From the NCBI GenBank assembly GCA_951406725.2, contig OX597814.1, positions 220,472,001-220,536,000 of the forward strand: a DNA stretch of 64,000 bases, given 5' to 3'. How positions within the stretch are numbered: the first letter of the stretch is position 1; each line of letters opens with the position of its first letter. The notes beneath the pieces were generated by a model. It was not told the DNA's origin. It did no database searches and was given only the letters and a program-made list of their open reading frames with translations. The position numbers and the translations under genes were made by a program. Below, piece by piece: positions 41,863-56,422 of this stretch. The DNA is from Octopus vulgaris. Taxonomy: Eukaryota.

Positions 41863-42317
41863 TCTCTTTTCTCTTTTACTTGTTTCAGTCATTTGACTGC
41901 GGCCATGCTGGAGCACCGCCTTTAATCGAGCAAATCGACCCCGGGACTTATTCTTTTGTAAGCCCAGTACTTATTCTATCAGTCTCTTTTGCCGAACCGC
42001 TAAGTAACGGGGACATAAACACACCAGCATCGGTTGTCAAGCAATGCTAGGGGGACAAACACAGACACACAAACACACACATACATATATATATATACAT
42101 ATATACGACAGGCTTCTTTCAGTTTCTGTCTACCAAATCCACTCACAAGGCATTGGTTGGCCCGGGGCTATAGCAGAAGACACTTGCCCAAGATGCCACG
42201 CAGTGGGACTGAACCCGGAACCATGTGGTTGGTTGGCAAGCTACTTACTACACAGCCACTCTTGCGCCTATAAACAGCCACTCCTGCGCCTATAAACAGC
42301 CACTCCTGCACCTATAA
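41863..42317 (-). mobile_element. SINE family A with a triplicated 22-bp 5' junction
   Basis: acagccactc(c/t)tgc(g/a)cctataa three times at 42252-42317. Confidence 0.92.
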
Positions 42318-42558
42318 GGTTCAAGATGTCAAGGTTCTTCAGAAACCCAGTGCCCTCCACCACTTTTTTGCAATGCTAGTACTACATGCACTAAGGCATA
42401 AATTTGAAATAGTTACTGAAGCCACTGTAGTATCTCAATAATTATATTAAGAAGGCAATCCCATGATGATGAGTAAAAGTTGAAAGAAGATGTATTAATA
42501 ATGGCTAAATAATAATTGATGGGAAAACTGATGAATACTCATCAGACAAAGATAAATG

Positions 42559-42755
42559 GAAAATAATCTTTTAATCCCAATTGTTATATTTTATGGTAAT
42601 ATCTCTTAGTAAATCTATGATGCTTATTAACTCCAAAAACTACAATATGAAGAATTAGTAGAAAATAATCTTTTAAATCCAATTTTTATATTTTATGACA
42701 AAAACATTTGGTAAAATGATGCAACTTATCTCCTAAAAATACAATACGGAAGAAG
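42559..42755. repeat. Diverged ~100-bp tandem duplication
   Basis: gaaaataatcttttaa..ccaatt.ttatattttatg...tacaata..aagaa occurs twice. Confidence 0.75.
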
Positions 42756-43397
42756 GAATTAAGACGCTTCTCAAAACAACAAAAAATTATGCTTAGTTCT
42801 AGATATCCTAATCTGAAGCAAATAACAATACAAATATCATTTTAACGCCCATTTCTTTATCCGGGCATAAATTAGATGGGTCTAGCAGACAACATACTGT
42901 AATCCATCTTAAGGTTTTTATCTCATCTCAGAACCTTGCATCTTGAGATCTTGTGATTGCACTATTTTTCCCTACCTGCCTTCACTGAAAGTATATACAG
43001 CTTCCACCAGCACTCATCATTCAGTCACATCATATAACAATCCATACCAGTACAGTTGCCTTCTTTGTAGACATCAGTATATATCTTTGATATTTAGTAG
43101 TTCCCTTTACTCACATGTGCTCTGTCTTTCATGCAGAGTAACATTATAGAAGCCATGCAGTGAATCATGCTTACTTTATTTTTCTCCAGGTTCCAAATAT
43201 TTTTCTAGCCAAAGCACATGCCAAATTTGCTTCAATACATTCATAAGCACAAACATGACTGCAAGGTAAAGAAGTCTGCAACCCAACTACATGGTTTTGG
43301 GTTCAGTCACACTGTGTGGCACCTTGGCTGGCTAAAGCCATGCAAGTGGATTTGGTAGGCGGAAACTGGAAAAAACTTGTCTCGTGTGTGTGTGTAC

Positions 43398-43444
<47 letters not shown>

Positions 43445-43445
<1 letters not shown>

Positions 43446-43734
43446 CTGTCTAAGAATCCATAAGTCAGGAAAAACTGCACTCATATCTGTCAGTAGAGTG
43501 GGTAAATTGATCAAAGAGTTCATTACAGCCAACCTTACCAATCAGTTTCGTATTGGGGATTCAACAGAGTGTTAGGTAACAGTTAGATTATGTAAACCTG
43601 TGCTCTTCAGTGATGGCAGTTATGGAATGAAATATGGCAACTGCTCTCCAGAAAGCAGGGTTACATAATTGGACTGTCACCTAACACTCCGTTGAACCCC
43701 TAATGTGAAACTTATTAGTAAGATTGGCCGTAAT
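43445..43734 (-). mobile_element. Older palindromic insert (~100-bp arms spanning 43522-43734 plus ~77-bp unpaired tail) between (TA)n tracts, with a hammerhead motif
   Basis: Minus strand: CUGAAGA (43610-43604), long stem II, GAAAC (43549-43545), UGAUUG, GUA (43538-43536). Confidence 0.72.
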
Positions 43735-44804
43735 AGATATATATATATATAATACTGTACACTTTGATTATTAGATATTATATATATTCACCTAAAAAAA
43801 TTCCATCTGACCCATGCTAGCATGAAAAAGTGGATGTTATGATGATGATAATGATGATGACCACGATGATAATGTGAATGTATGTCCATTCTTGTTGACA
43901 AATAAAAGCATTAGTTTACTTTACTTATTACACAAAAGATTAGTTGTCAGGAATTACACTAGGACATTGAACTATAGGCCTCACTAGATCAGTTTTATCT
44001 AGTATGCAGTGCTTTTTCAGTTGATTATATTAATAAACCAAATCACTATTGTTGTTATAGCATATTGTCTAAATTTAATTTAATGAAAATAAGCATGACT
44101 GTATACTTAAGAAGTTCACATTGCAACCATGTGGTCCTGGATTCCTTTCCACCGCATGCCCTGTTGAGCAAGTAACTTCATGCACGGTCAAAGTTTGACC
44201 AAGGCAAATGGAAACTGCATGGATATATGGATAACTGTCATGTATGTGTGTGTTTGTGCATGCACAGACAAAAGAAAACCTGTGCATCAAATACCTTCTG
44301 GTATTTAGTCCATCCTTATAACATAAACTTGCCCGTGTCACTGTCATTAGTGGAAATACTATAATTTTGCCATTAAAAATCTATAGTCAATGATACTATT
44401 GTCCACTAAGAGTGAGAGATAAAATTTTTAAAAAATAATAAAAAAGCATATACCAGTTCAATGACAAAAAGTGAATGAACTTTGACTCAAAATGTATTTA
44501 TTAGTTGGTTCATCTTAGCTACTACCTTCTCTAAATATTTTGATCACATGAAAATTTTAGTGACATGTAATATCACAAGCTATCATCATAGACTGTGAAA
44601 GTCTCTAGCTATATGAATCCACTGGAGTAAGACAGAATTCACAAAGGGTTTGAAAACTCAGAAGAAACAAGCATTAAGAAATATATTTGTTTAATCAAAA
44701 TAAAAAAAGAGTCACATTGTAGAAACATGTGAAATAAAATAAACTGAAATTTTAAAAATATTTTTGTTTTTAATTATAAATTCTGGCAGATAATGAAGAG
44801 AATC

Positions 44805-44848
44805 AGAAAGGGTGTATAACATGAAGAGAAAGGGTGTATAACATGAAG
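44805..44848. repeat. Perfect 22-bp tandem duplication
   Basis: agaaagggtgtataacatgaag twice. Confidence 0.95.
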
Positions 44849-44984
44849 GTTTATTCCTCTACATTCCATGAATCAAACATGCCAAGAACTGACTTTGATT
44901 TTCATCTCAATAAGATCAACCAAATCAGTACTGATAACATATTGGCTGAGCTCCTAGTCAGAAGAAATCAATTATGACTGATAT

Positions 44985-45016
<32 letters not shown>

Positions 45017-48000
45017 AATATATATATACATATATATATATACAGACAAGAGTGAGGAGTTTGACATTGAATTTTATGTCTATTCTTGTGTGTGTTTCTG
45101 CATGCATGCATGCATGAGTGTATAAATGTATAGAAAGTCTCCCAACAATTCCTTTCATTTTAGGGATATCATTCCACAATATTCTTGTAAATATATGTCT
45201 CCATGTTAATCACCAGGTGCTTTGATTTCTAAAAGTCAGTATTGTAGAAGCCTAATTTAAAGTAAGAAACAGAGTGCAATTCTAAAACACTAATTGGACT
45301 GTATTAGTACACAAAAATATAAAATACTGCATGAATATATATAGCTGTTTTATTACCTTCTTCCTTGTACATTTACACAATTAGAGTATGATTGGCTATT
45401 AGAGTTGAATTTACTAATATACATTTGTTATAGGAAGCAAGAATAAATCTGTTGTGTCCTATATATGAAAATGGAGAAGATTGAAAATAAATGATACAAT
45501 TAAGAGACACAATCAAAGAAACTGAACCATCACAATTATCTTCAAAAAGCTAGGTTATTAGTGAAATACTAAGTCATTTTAAATATTCACGAGATCATGA
45601 AATTATGCTATTTTATTGATAAAGTTCTTCATATCCTTGTTATTATTCCAAACAGTTTTAAAAATTGGTAAAAAAAAAACAAGCAAAGAACAGTTTGAGG
45701 TGATAAATAAACCTAAATAAACTTTACTAATTACCAAACAGGATAAGAATGAGAATATATTTATAAAAAAAATTTCTCAAATAATTTAGTATCCTGCTGC
45801 AAATCTATAGCATATTTTTTCCTTTCAGCATTTATAAATGAAGAAGTATGTTTCTTGTAAATAATGCTTTTGTTTTTGTTGCAAAAGAAATATTCTGTAA
45901 ATTATAATAAATTGATTTTAATTAAGAAGCTAATAACTTTTGTTCAGAGATATTTTTTCCCATCTATTCTTCTTTAAAAATCTATAAAATATCTTCAATA
46001 TTAATATTTATTGTAAAGAAATACAGCAATATAGAAAAAGTAAAAATAAACGAAAAAAAAAAGTCAATTGATTCTAAAGCTAGTTACCAACAGAGAAAAA
46101 TTCATTTGAAGTTCGGAAAAGAATATTGAGATTAACTGAAGAAAGGAGGAATATAATAATGAAATATTCTGAAGACACCAATAGATTTAAAGCAGTTAGT
46201 AGTACCTAAGATCAATAGTGTTCTGATGAATTATATTCCACTGTGTAGTAGTAACATAATTATAGCATTAATTAAGGGTATTTTTATATATAAATATAGC
46301 TGCTAGAGATTAGATAAGAAATTAACAAGTATACACAGCAGTGTGCCAATGTAATTTAGAAAAAGAAAATAAGTTCAGGAACAGAAGAGAAAGTAGACAA
46401 ACAAGCAAAGGAGAGAAAAAGATTAAAAAGAATAACAATGGTCAATATTACATCTTACAACAGTAAACTATTTGTAGAGATGTTTCTTGGAGTAAAGAAG
46501 TTTTCTTAATTAATTTTATGACGATAATACTTACAGCAATAATCTATGTTACATAAATAAACAAACGAGCCATAAGATATGTTTAAAAAAACAAAAGAAC
46601 AGTAAAAGAGATAAGAAAGAAAGTCGAAAAGAAGTGTTTTATGCAAATAAGTGAAACTGTAGCTGAATCTTTCAAATAAACATAAACTAAAAACTGTTTA
46701 TAAAGAGAGAATTTCTCATAAATTACAAATTGGCAGGCAGCCACTTTGAAGGTTGGGAGAAATAGATAGAAAAGATGAGTAGAGATGATAGAGCTAAATG
46801 AAGAGCTATCTATAAAAGACAAGGCTAAATATGATGACAGATTTAGATATTATCAATGTATATAAAATAATTATGAGAACAATGATAAACAAATGACAAT
46901 AGCAGAGATAGAATAACAATGTTAGGTCATAGATTGAGGTAGATTAAATGCAATCAACCCCGTGATGACACTGATGTTATTAATGGGCAGAATTATCGAA
47001 ACTTCCTTTCAGATGCAGTCATTTTTCTTATCAGACAATAAACTGAGAGATATTGCAGCAAAGACCTCCACTCCTCCTCTTCTATTCAGTCCTTTCAACA
47101 TTTGCACAGATGTACATGAAATCATACAGAAAGGCAAGCACATATATAAACATTCATGTATGTATGTGTGTGTGTGTGTGTATTTATGATTCTCCCTCAT
47201 TATCTGGTTCTGTACCACTTTTGTAATTGTGATTAGCCCAAATGAAAAATAGTTATAATTTCAAGTTAGGCAGCTCACACAGAAAGAGAGACTCGGAGAT
47301 ATTTCATAAGAAGAAAAAGGGCATCATTAATGCCAAATAAAAGTCATGGTTTACTAGTTTAACATGACAACATAAAAGAGAATTATAAATGAGGGTAATT
47401 ACTCCAGATAAGACTAGAGAACAAATGAGAAGGAGAAACAGAAATGAATGGAATAAAGTGTATCTGTGCAAATTTATTAAGGGCTAGAGTTTTAGGGTAA
47501 CTATGTTCCAGCTCAGAATGCTGATCGGGTGTTAGCCAACAAGCCTAAGGGAGTAGACATATATTCTCAACAGGGCTGTGAAAGTTGGTTCGATGATACA
47601 AAATTGGTACTATTTGCTTCCTGTTGTATGCTTAGATTGATATCTAATATACTGGAGGATATTTTGGGAATTTCAGATTACTATTATAAATTTTTCCCCA
47701 AAAAAACCCTCTGAGAAAGGCTGTGGTATTTGTACATAAAACCTTTGACTCTTGACTCCAACCTTATTTTATTGATGCCATTGACTGTGACTCCTGTATT
47801 TGTAATTTGATTGATATATTTCTTATATTGACTGAAAGTATACAACAACCATGGTGAGTGTGAATCATCAAGATACTTGTTAAAAGGCTACAGCTGTACT
47901 GGTTTTATTATTTATTAAAAGACATTACAGAAAATTAAATATAAGAGAAAACTTACAAAATTAAAAAGGTAGCTTTTTTTTTATCAAAAGGCTATAAAGT

Positions 48001-48584
48001 AAGAACATATAAAAGAAACTATAAAAATGCCATAAAAGGAAATCAGAACATCTTTGTTTACCAGTTCAAGAAATCTAAAGAACATCAAAGTTAAATCTGA
48101 AAGAGTGAACACCTAAAGCAACCTAACAACATATGACCATTTTAAAAGTAAAACTTAATTAGATATATAACCCTTTCTTTCTGAGATTAAAGCATTGTTT
48201 GGATATAAAATTTAAGTGGATGTAACATGAAAGATTACATGAAATGAAATAAAAGTTTTATTGTAAAAGACTGGAAAAATTTATCCCCATGAAATAGGAG
48301 TTAAGTAAAAGATCCACATCCAAAATTAACTAGCATCTTGTTCAGGAAACAAAACTGTTTCCACCAGATCCTTCTTTGTAGAAACCCTTAAATTTGATTT
48401 CATTATTTTCAGTGCAGTAAACAGTCAAATCAATACCTGTGAAACTGGAAATTTCAATGCATTATGTTACAATTTGCATCAAGATGAAAGCTGAAATATT
48501 TCATGACCCTGATTGTAGTAACCCAGTTATTGTTTTCTATATCCCTACCTCGAAATTATATTTTATATTGTTGCACATTCAGTA

Positions 48585-48744
48585 AGCATAGATATGGCTG
48601 TATGATGAACAAGCTTGCATTGCAACCATGTAATTTTGGGTTCACTTCTGCTTCATGGCAAGAGTCTTTTACTTTATGTAGACCCAAGCCAACCAATGCC
48701 TTGTGAGTGAATTTTGGAAGATGAAAACTGTGTGGAAACTTATT

Positions 48745-48745
<1 letters not shown>
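48585..48745 (+). mobile_element. Old SINE A 5' fragment (similar fragments at ~43250-43385 and ~44090-44220)
   Basis: Degenerate aaccatg...gggttca...ccaatgccttgtgagtg...gaaaactg. Confidence 0.6.
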
Positions 48746-48805
<60 letters not shown>

Positions 48806-50434
48806 TGAGGGTAATATAACACGAAGATGGAGGATAACAATATTTAATAGTAGATCACATTTGTTTCTGCATAGCATACCCAGCTTTAAGTTGCTGAGTT
48901 TATATTCAAATACCATTAAGGAAGAACACTCTTTATAATTATTATACTGTTCAGCAACAGCCATGTGTGGGTGCTTTATTGGGTGGAATATGATATATAT
49001 TAATATATCAATTTGAAAGATATGCAAAGACTTGATGACAAGAAAAATTTTTGAAGTAACTGATTTTTATGATATTAGACCAATTCTCCCTTCACGCAAC
49101 ACGGCTAGTAGCTACTAAGCTTAAACTCTGTGGATTTTTTGTAGCGAAAAAAAAAACCAATAACCATTAATTGACCATATTGACAATATTTGAACAGATT
49201 TGAAAACAGCAAAGAGTATCAAGTATGCCAAAATGAAAGGAACCTACATTTGTTTCTAATGAAATCAGTAAATATGTCAACCTTTTATCAAAATTAGAAG
49301 TGATGAAATTTTCTCTCTTTTATTGATGAGAAAACAGACATGTCCACTTTCAAGCAACTTGTTCTGGCAGCTAGATATTAAGATAATGAAATTTAAACCA
49401 CTCTTGGAATGTATTATTATACAGAAGCCCTTCCAAATAATTGTGACATTATCTTTGAAAAGCTACGAGGATTTGCCAGAAATAATCTTTCTAATTTTGA
49501 GACAAGGTTAGCAATTTGAAAAGCAAAAAATGTTGATTAATCAATCCCAGTGCTGAACTGGTACTTATTTCATTGACTGTTAAAGAATGAAAGACAAAGT
49601 TGACTTTGATGGCATTTGAACTCAGAATGTGAAGAGCAGGAAAGTTGTTAATTGCCAATAATAATGCTAGTGTTACGATGGGAAGCAAAAGCTGAGTTGA
49701 ACATCTCTTCAAGCAGAAAAATTCTCAAACCACTGTACAACCTTTTGTACTTCTGAGGTTTACACCAAAATGTTCAGTTGTTAAGGAGAGTTAGCCAAAA
49801 ATATCTTTTCATATTTGATCAATAGTCCGAAATGTCAAAATGAATAGAAAGAATTTTTCTAAAATTACAAATACAAAACCTTAAAACATTTTGTACTACA
49901 CAAGCTGCAAGAAATGGCTGTCCCTTTAATCAAGAGGTGAAAAGATTTTTAGATCAATGGTCTGCATCTTTGTTATAATTTACATCTGTTGCCTTAGAAG
50001 ATGGTATTTCTATGACTTTAACAATTTTAGAGGCATTACAAAATCCCATTACAAAAATGTATTTTGCTTTCTAAACTTTCATCTTGCTGAGATCAATAAG
50101 TTTAATTTAGAATTCCAAACAGGAACATTTGGAATTTATAAATTAAGATATTCTGTGAATACTTGTAATAAAGGGATTCTCAATAATTTTATCAAACATT
50201 TTGAAATGTAGTAAGTAGAATGGATTGCAACCCAATATAACTTAAGATAGTTGGTGTTTATTGTGGTGTCACCAGTGAAAAACATTTAACATCCTGTTGA
50301 AAAACTTTAAAGTCAAAAGGCCAGTGTTGTAAGGAGTCTTTTACAGAACAAAAATAAACGATAGAGGAAGGTATTAGAGTTTTTCTACCTTAGAGAGCAA
50401 CTCATTACTTTCAAAATGAATGTAAACAAAGTTA

Positions 50435-50820
50435 GGAGGCGCAATGGCCCAGTGGTTAGGGCAGCGGACTCGCGATCATAGGATCGCGGTTTCGATTCCC
50501 AGACCGGGCGTTGTGAGTGTTTATTGAGCGAAAACACCTAAAAGCTCCACGAGTCTCCAACAAGGGATGGTGGTGATCCCTGCTGCACTCTTTCACCACA
50601 ACTTTCTCTCACTCTTACTTCCTGTTTCTGTTGTACCTGTATTTCAAGGGGCCAGCCTTGTCACTCTCTGTGTCACGCTGAATATCCCCGAGAACTATGT
50701 TAAGGGTACACATGTCTGTGGAGTGCTCAGCCACTTACACGTTAATTTCACGAGCAGGCTGTTCCGTTGATTCGGATCAACCGGAACCCTCATCGTCGTA
50801 ACCGACGGAGTGCTTCCACT
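50435..50820 (+). mobile_element. SINE family B, full length
   Basis: tRNA-like head ggaggcgcaatggcccagtggttaggg...ggtttcgattccc; flanking aaacaaagt(t/c)ag duplication; matches 61491-61882. Confidence 0.92.
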
Positions 50821-52379
50821 GGAAACAAAGTCAGTATGAGATGCTTGTGACATCATGCATTTCAGGAATGGCTGCCCAATGCAGTCCTTCCAATATTGTA
50901 TTTTGTAAGCAGTTAAATGTGAAAGAAAGAATTTGCTCAGAATAAACTTTGGCAACTCTGCTCCTTACTAGTTATGCATTGTATCAATGGCCAAGGCTCA
51001 TAATTCTTACAGGTCTTCTCCTGTTAGCTGTAAATAAGTAACATGCAGAAGTACAGTTTATGAAGGTGAAGGACAACAGTACTATATAATTTATCTAATT
51101 GATGATTGCCTTATAATTGTACACTGATGAGCAGAAATCTTCTCAAGAGAAGCACCAGAAATCACAATCAGTTGTTTCAAAATTTTAGTCAACATGGAGT
51201 AATGAAAGCCTTGAGATTCACAGGCGAACTTACACTACAAATACTAGCATGGTAAAATCTTTGATCTATGTCATTGAAACAGTTATGATAGGAAAGCTTA
51301 TTGATGGATGGATCTCTTCAGGAAATGTGAAACCATTAACATAGTCACACTTGACATAAATAATATTAATTGGAAATATATTGATAAACAATAAAGGTAT
51401 GGTTGAGCAAAGATAATGTTCCAAGGAACATTTTCCAGATTGGTTGAATAAACTAATCAACTCTTTACACCAGACACAAACATTTATCACCAGTTTATCA
51501 TCTATTTTTCCATGCTAGTATGGGTTGGGACACTAATGAACTAGCTCATCAATGAAGTTGGCAATGTTTCTAACCATACTGTTTTATTCAAGGTTTTCAG
51601 CAGGGTTTAATGGCTGGATGCCCTTCCTACTTTAATTGCTTCAATAGAAGTGATCAAAGTCGTTACTAAACCAGTATCTATAGAGTCGTTCTCCTATGAA
51701 TCACAAAGCTTTCAATACTCTATATTGACTAATATCTTGTGAATGCAGATATTTAAATGAATTACTAAATGTTATATCAAATATTTAAGAACTAGTTGTA
51801 CTTAAAACCAAATATTCATCTGCAAAATTGGGATGGTATCTATTAACTATACAGCAGAAAGAAATATATAGTGCAGTGTCTTTCCTTAGGGAACATTGCT
51901 TGTAACTTTTTTTTTACTCCTATGATGATATGGTCTAACAACATATACAGACCAAGAGTCAATTATCATCAAACACCGACCTACTACTATACTTTGAAAA
52001 CTTGAAAATGAATTAAAACCCATTTCTCACAATACAACCTTAGTCTCATTTCTTTTTATCTAACCAGCAAATATTGTCTCCAAGCACAAATTTTTAATGG
52101 GAACAATCCGCAATTATCTCTGTCTCTGATACACAAAAATTGCACAAAACAAATTTGAAAAGTGAAGTGTATTTTCTTTCCATATTGATTATGCAAAAGA
52201 TAACAACACACAAGTTATTTTAGAGATTAAGAAATGGAATTGTAGTTCTATTTTCCTTTACTCTTATGTGTTTTTTTTTTTTTTTTACACTAATGTACAA
52301 AGACAATTAGTGATAGGAAAGAGAATGGAATGTTGTTGACCGAATTGACCTCCGTATATTGCCAGTATTTATTTTATTT

Positions 52380-52550
52380 ATTTCGTTTGTCTTTACATTC
52401 TGAGTTCAAATTCCGTTGAGGTTGACTTTGCCTTTCATCCTTTCGGGGTTGAAAATTGAGGTACCAGTTGTGTACTGGGGTTGATCTAATTGACTGCCAC
52501 CCCCCACCAACACCCCCCCAAAATTTGGGGCCTTGTGCCTAGAGTAGCAA
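52380..52550 (+). mobile_element. SINE family C fragment (another at ~49545-49640, minus strand)
   Basis: ctgagttcaaattccgttgaggttgactttgcctttcatcctttcgggg. Confidence 0.75.
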
Positions 52551-52694
52551 AGTAATTTATTTCATCATTCCAAGACAGAAAAGAGAAAATAATTCAGGAA
52601 TAGTGTACTCTGGCAGAATTATAATTTGGAAGCAGAAATGTGATGCATTCGTCGGACACTCACACTTGGTCATGGAAAACCATTGCTACTACTG

Positions 52695-52741
<47 letters not shown>

Positions 52742-54165
52742 TACTTACATAGGCACAAGGCCAGCAATTTGTGGAGAGGGAGCAGTTAGTCACACTGATT
52801 CCTATTCTTGGCTGTTTTTATTTTATCAACTCCAGAATTTTGAACACAACACAAAGAACTGGAACAAACATCATAAGGTACTTTGTCTGATATTCCACTG
52901 ATTCTAGAAGCCCACCACCCTACTAATAGTGGAAGTGTTGGCGGTAGTAATTGTAGTGGTAGTAGTAGTAGTAGTGTGACAGTGTAACATTATCATTAAT
53001 CAAATAACAATATTTGGGCAAAAGAAAATTAAAAAAAAGTAAAAGTAAATAGCTTGACAAAATATTAGCACCTGTTACAAGTTGGATTTAAAGTGAACAA
53101 GACTTTTGTAACCAGAGAATATATAGAAGACAGAACCAATAATAAGACTATGAGCAGCTGCCACAACAACAACATCAATATGATATCTGTACAAACAAAT
53201 CACTAGAATATTATGGAGAAGTTATGATTTTAAAAATATATGAAATGTCAAATAAAACCACAGTAAAAACGGGGAGTCATTCAAGACAGGCAACAAAGAG
53301 GTGGAATGTTATTAAACATAAAATTACAATACTTGGATAAAACATTAAAGAGAAAGCTTGAATGCAATAGAATGAGATACAAGGTGACAAATCTGTTGAT
53401 TGACAAAACAGGCCAGGTAATAATTGAAAAGGGTGAGAGAAAACAATCTGATATTAAATTTTCTGAAACAAAAGGCCTCAAACAACTGTGAAAAAGTACA
53501 CTATAGAGAGAAAAAAAGTGTTGGAACATAAACTAGAGAAATAGAGAAACTAAACCAATGGATGAAAGTAAAATTACAAACAATAAAAAGGTTTGAGAAA
53601 ATTAAACAAGTGTGTGTGTGTGTGTGTGTGTGAGTGTGCGCGCACACACACATTAAAGTAAAACAAAAAAAAAAAAAAGTATTTACTAAGAATGGGAACA
53701 AGAAGGTCATTAAAATATAATTTCCAAAGAAGACTTTTGTGAAATATCTCTACCAAAAGAAAAATATAGTTTATCATGTAACAAAGAGATGAAAAGAATG
53801 ACTGTCATAAACCACAGCAACTGGAGAGTAAAATATAAACACTTTGTATAAGCATTTGGAGGTTCTTAGAAAACATCAGAGAAGGTAGGACTACATTACC
53901 ATGAAAGCAAAAGAAGAAAAGAAAAAATGAATGACAATAGAAATATCATGAAAAAAATTTACCCACCTATTGTTTTAAGGGAACAAAAGGGATATATGTA
54001 TATATGATTGAACTATTATATGAAAGGTAAAGGCCAACTTCTTGTAGAGGCTACTGGGTGTATATTGGAAATGAATTGTGTATACTAGGTGAGAAAGAAC
54101 TGTAGATTTATAATAGGAGGTAAGCAAGATACATTTATAGCTAAGAATATTATTTATTTGATCTT

Positions 54166-54580
54166 CGCTGGAGTGGCTGTGTGGTAAGTAGCTTGCTAAC
54201 CAACCACATGGTTCCGGGTTCAGTCCCACTGTGTGGCACCTTGGGCAAGTGTCTTCTACTATAGCCTCGGGCCGACCAATGCCTTGTAAGTGGATTTGGT
54301 AGACGGAAACTGAAAGAAGCCTGTCGTATATATGTATATATATATATATATATGTATTATGTGTGTGTGTTTGTGTGTCTGTGTTTGTCTCCCTAGCATT
54401 GCTTGACAACCGATGCTGGTGTGTTTATGTCCCCGTCACTTAGCGGTTTGGCAAAAGAGACCGATAGAATAAGTACTGGGCTTATAAAGAATAAGTCCCG
54501 GGGTCAATTTGCTCGACTAAAGGCAGTGCTCCAGCATGGCCGCAGTCAAATGACTGAAACAAGTAAAAGAGTAAAAGAGT
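54166..54580 (+). mobile_element. SINE family A
   Basis: Near full-length match. Confidence 0.93.
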
Positions 54581-54778
54581 AATATTCTCAAAAGTAGTCA
54601 GTAAGAAAGTTGTACTCAAAGGAATCCCAACCTCCTCTGCTCAAGGAGTGATGTTTGATTTGTATATCATCTCTAAAACTGTATTGTCCTAAGGACTGGT
54701 AATTCTCAAAGATCTCTGCTGTAAGTAATAAGAACACTATAAAATTAATGAGAATTTCATTAGAGTGTTGAACACACA

Positions 54779-54830
<52 letters not shown>

Positions 54831-54831
<1 letters not shown>

Positions 54832-54972
54832 CACAATAAAATTATACAAAGACAAACTCCGGAGATCCATAGTATCCCAAATAACCTACCTATATGTTTA
54901 TTTGCCAAACAAGTAGACAAAATTTACCCCCAGAGAAATACAGTATAAGGTCACCTAAAAATTTCTTACAGA
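54831..54972 (+). repeat. Inverted duplicate of 58974-59125 (Penelope RT N-terminal segment)
   Basis: Reverse complement of 58974-59125 apart from a ~9-bp deletion and a few substitutions; both copies abut (CA)n. Confidence 0.9.
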
Positions 54973-56422
54973 AAGGAGATGAACCAATGTTTTTTTTCTT
55001 TACACAAAAATATCCTCCACTACACCCCCAATGATTTAACAGAAGATATTTTTAACAAAATATGATAGAAATTATGATGATATGGTTAACTGATTGGGCT
55101 TAGTTTAGAACAATCATTTCATTGAGTTTTGAAGGATGCTATATAACCAGGACAGCCCTGATCAAACAGACCCGTGACAAAAAAGCATTCCAAATGAGAC
55201 CATCTCATCTTTTTTATGTACACAGAACCCAGGACAACATTATCTTATATAAGGTATTTTGGCTGCTATTTCTCATAGCAAAAGTGACTTGAGAGACTTG
55301 TTCCGCTGGCTATGAAAAGGACGACTGTTAACAGCAAACCCATGAGATGAATTCAGAGTTGCCTCAAATATTCCTCTCTATTATCTCAATCCTCTGTACT
55401 GCTCTATAAATATTATTATCAACAACAGAACTGGAGACTAAAGTCTCACTTATTTTGGACTACCAGGTAGAATATAGATGTTTTGTTTGTCTCAGGGTCA
55501 TTTCTTGCAGTTAAACCATGAAATATACTAATTGACCAGATTTAAATAGCATCAGGAAGAAAGAAAGGGGTGAAAGAAATGTTATTTTGTTCACATGAAG
55601 TCATTAAGTTGTCAGCCGGCTCCCTATTTTTATGCATTTATCAATCTCTATGCTGTTCTCTGACCCTTTCTACTACCTCAGCTAGGCTATTAATTTAACC
55701 CAATTTGCAAGGAGCAAAGGAAGCATATTAAAAATTTTTATAGCTACCATAGTTCCTAGTTCCAGAACACAAAGCATGTGTGATCAAAGTTATAATTGGC
55801 TGATGCTTTTATTTTTATTTTATGAGATACCAAAATAAACCACACTAGGTGACTTTACCCCTGCATGACCTAGCAACCAAAAGCACATTAGTGAGCCTAA
55901 CTGTTCAATAAAATAAAAACTCATGTGTGTGTGTGTGTTTATATGCATGTGTATGTACGTATGTGTGTGTGTTTACACATACACATATATATAACCATCT
56001 TCACCATCACCATTTAATGTCCATATTCCATGCTGGCAAACCAGGGAACTGTGCAAGGCTCTGTTGTCAGTTTTGACATGGTTTCTAATTGTATGTCCTT
56101 CCTAACACCAACTACATGTGTGTGTGTGTGTACATGAACAAAAACTTTTCTTTTAAACAAATTTCATTAAATATATAATTGTGTTTAAGTTTTGTCATTT
56201 CTGTAACAGATTTTCTTTTTGTATTTTCTTATTAGTTGGAATAATGAAGTTCCTAAATTCATATTAAATGCTTCCAAACCTTTACAGTCTTTTTCTCAGA
56301 AATTTAATGAGTTTGGCATCAGAATTATTTCTTACATAATGTTTGAATCCATGGGTTCTATGTTTGCAGTCAGATACTGATTTGTTTTGTTGTGGCCAAA
56401 TTTTTGATCATTAGGTTTTCAT

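Noticed and set aside
50435-50510. tRNA gene candidates (also at 25622 and 61810-61880)
   Set aside because: They are SINE heads continuous with SINE bodies and flanked by TSDs.
51121-51175. Isolated CTGATGAG...GAAA...ATC hammerhead-like string (similar strings at ~37951-37980 and ~34010-34050)
   Set aside because: Stems I and II do not pair convincingly and there is no palindromic context.
53100-53960. A-rich stretch possibly a very old RTE remnant (also 25130-25500, possibly CR1/L2)
   Set aside because: Motifs are too degraded to support by eye.
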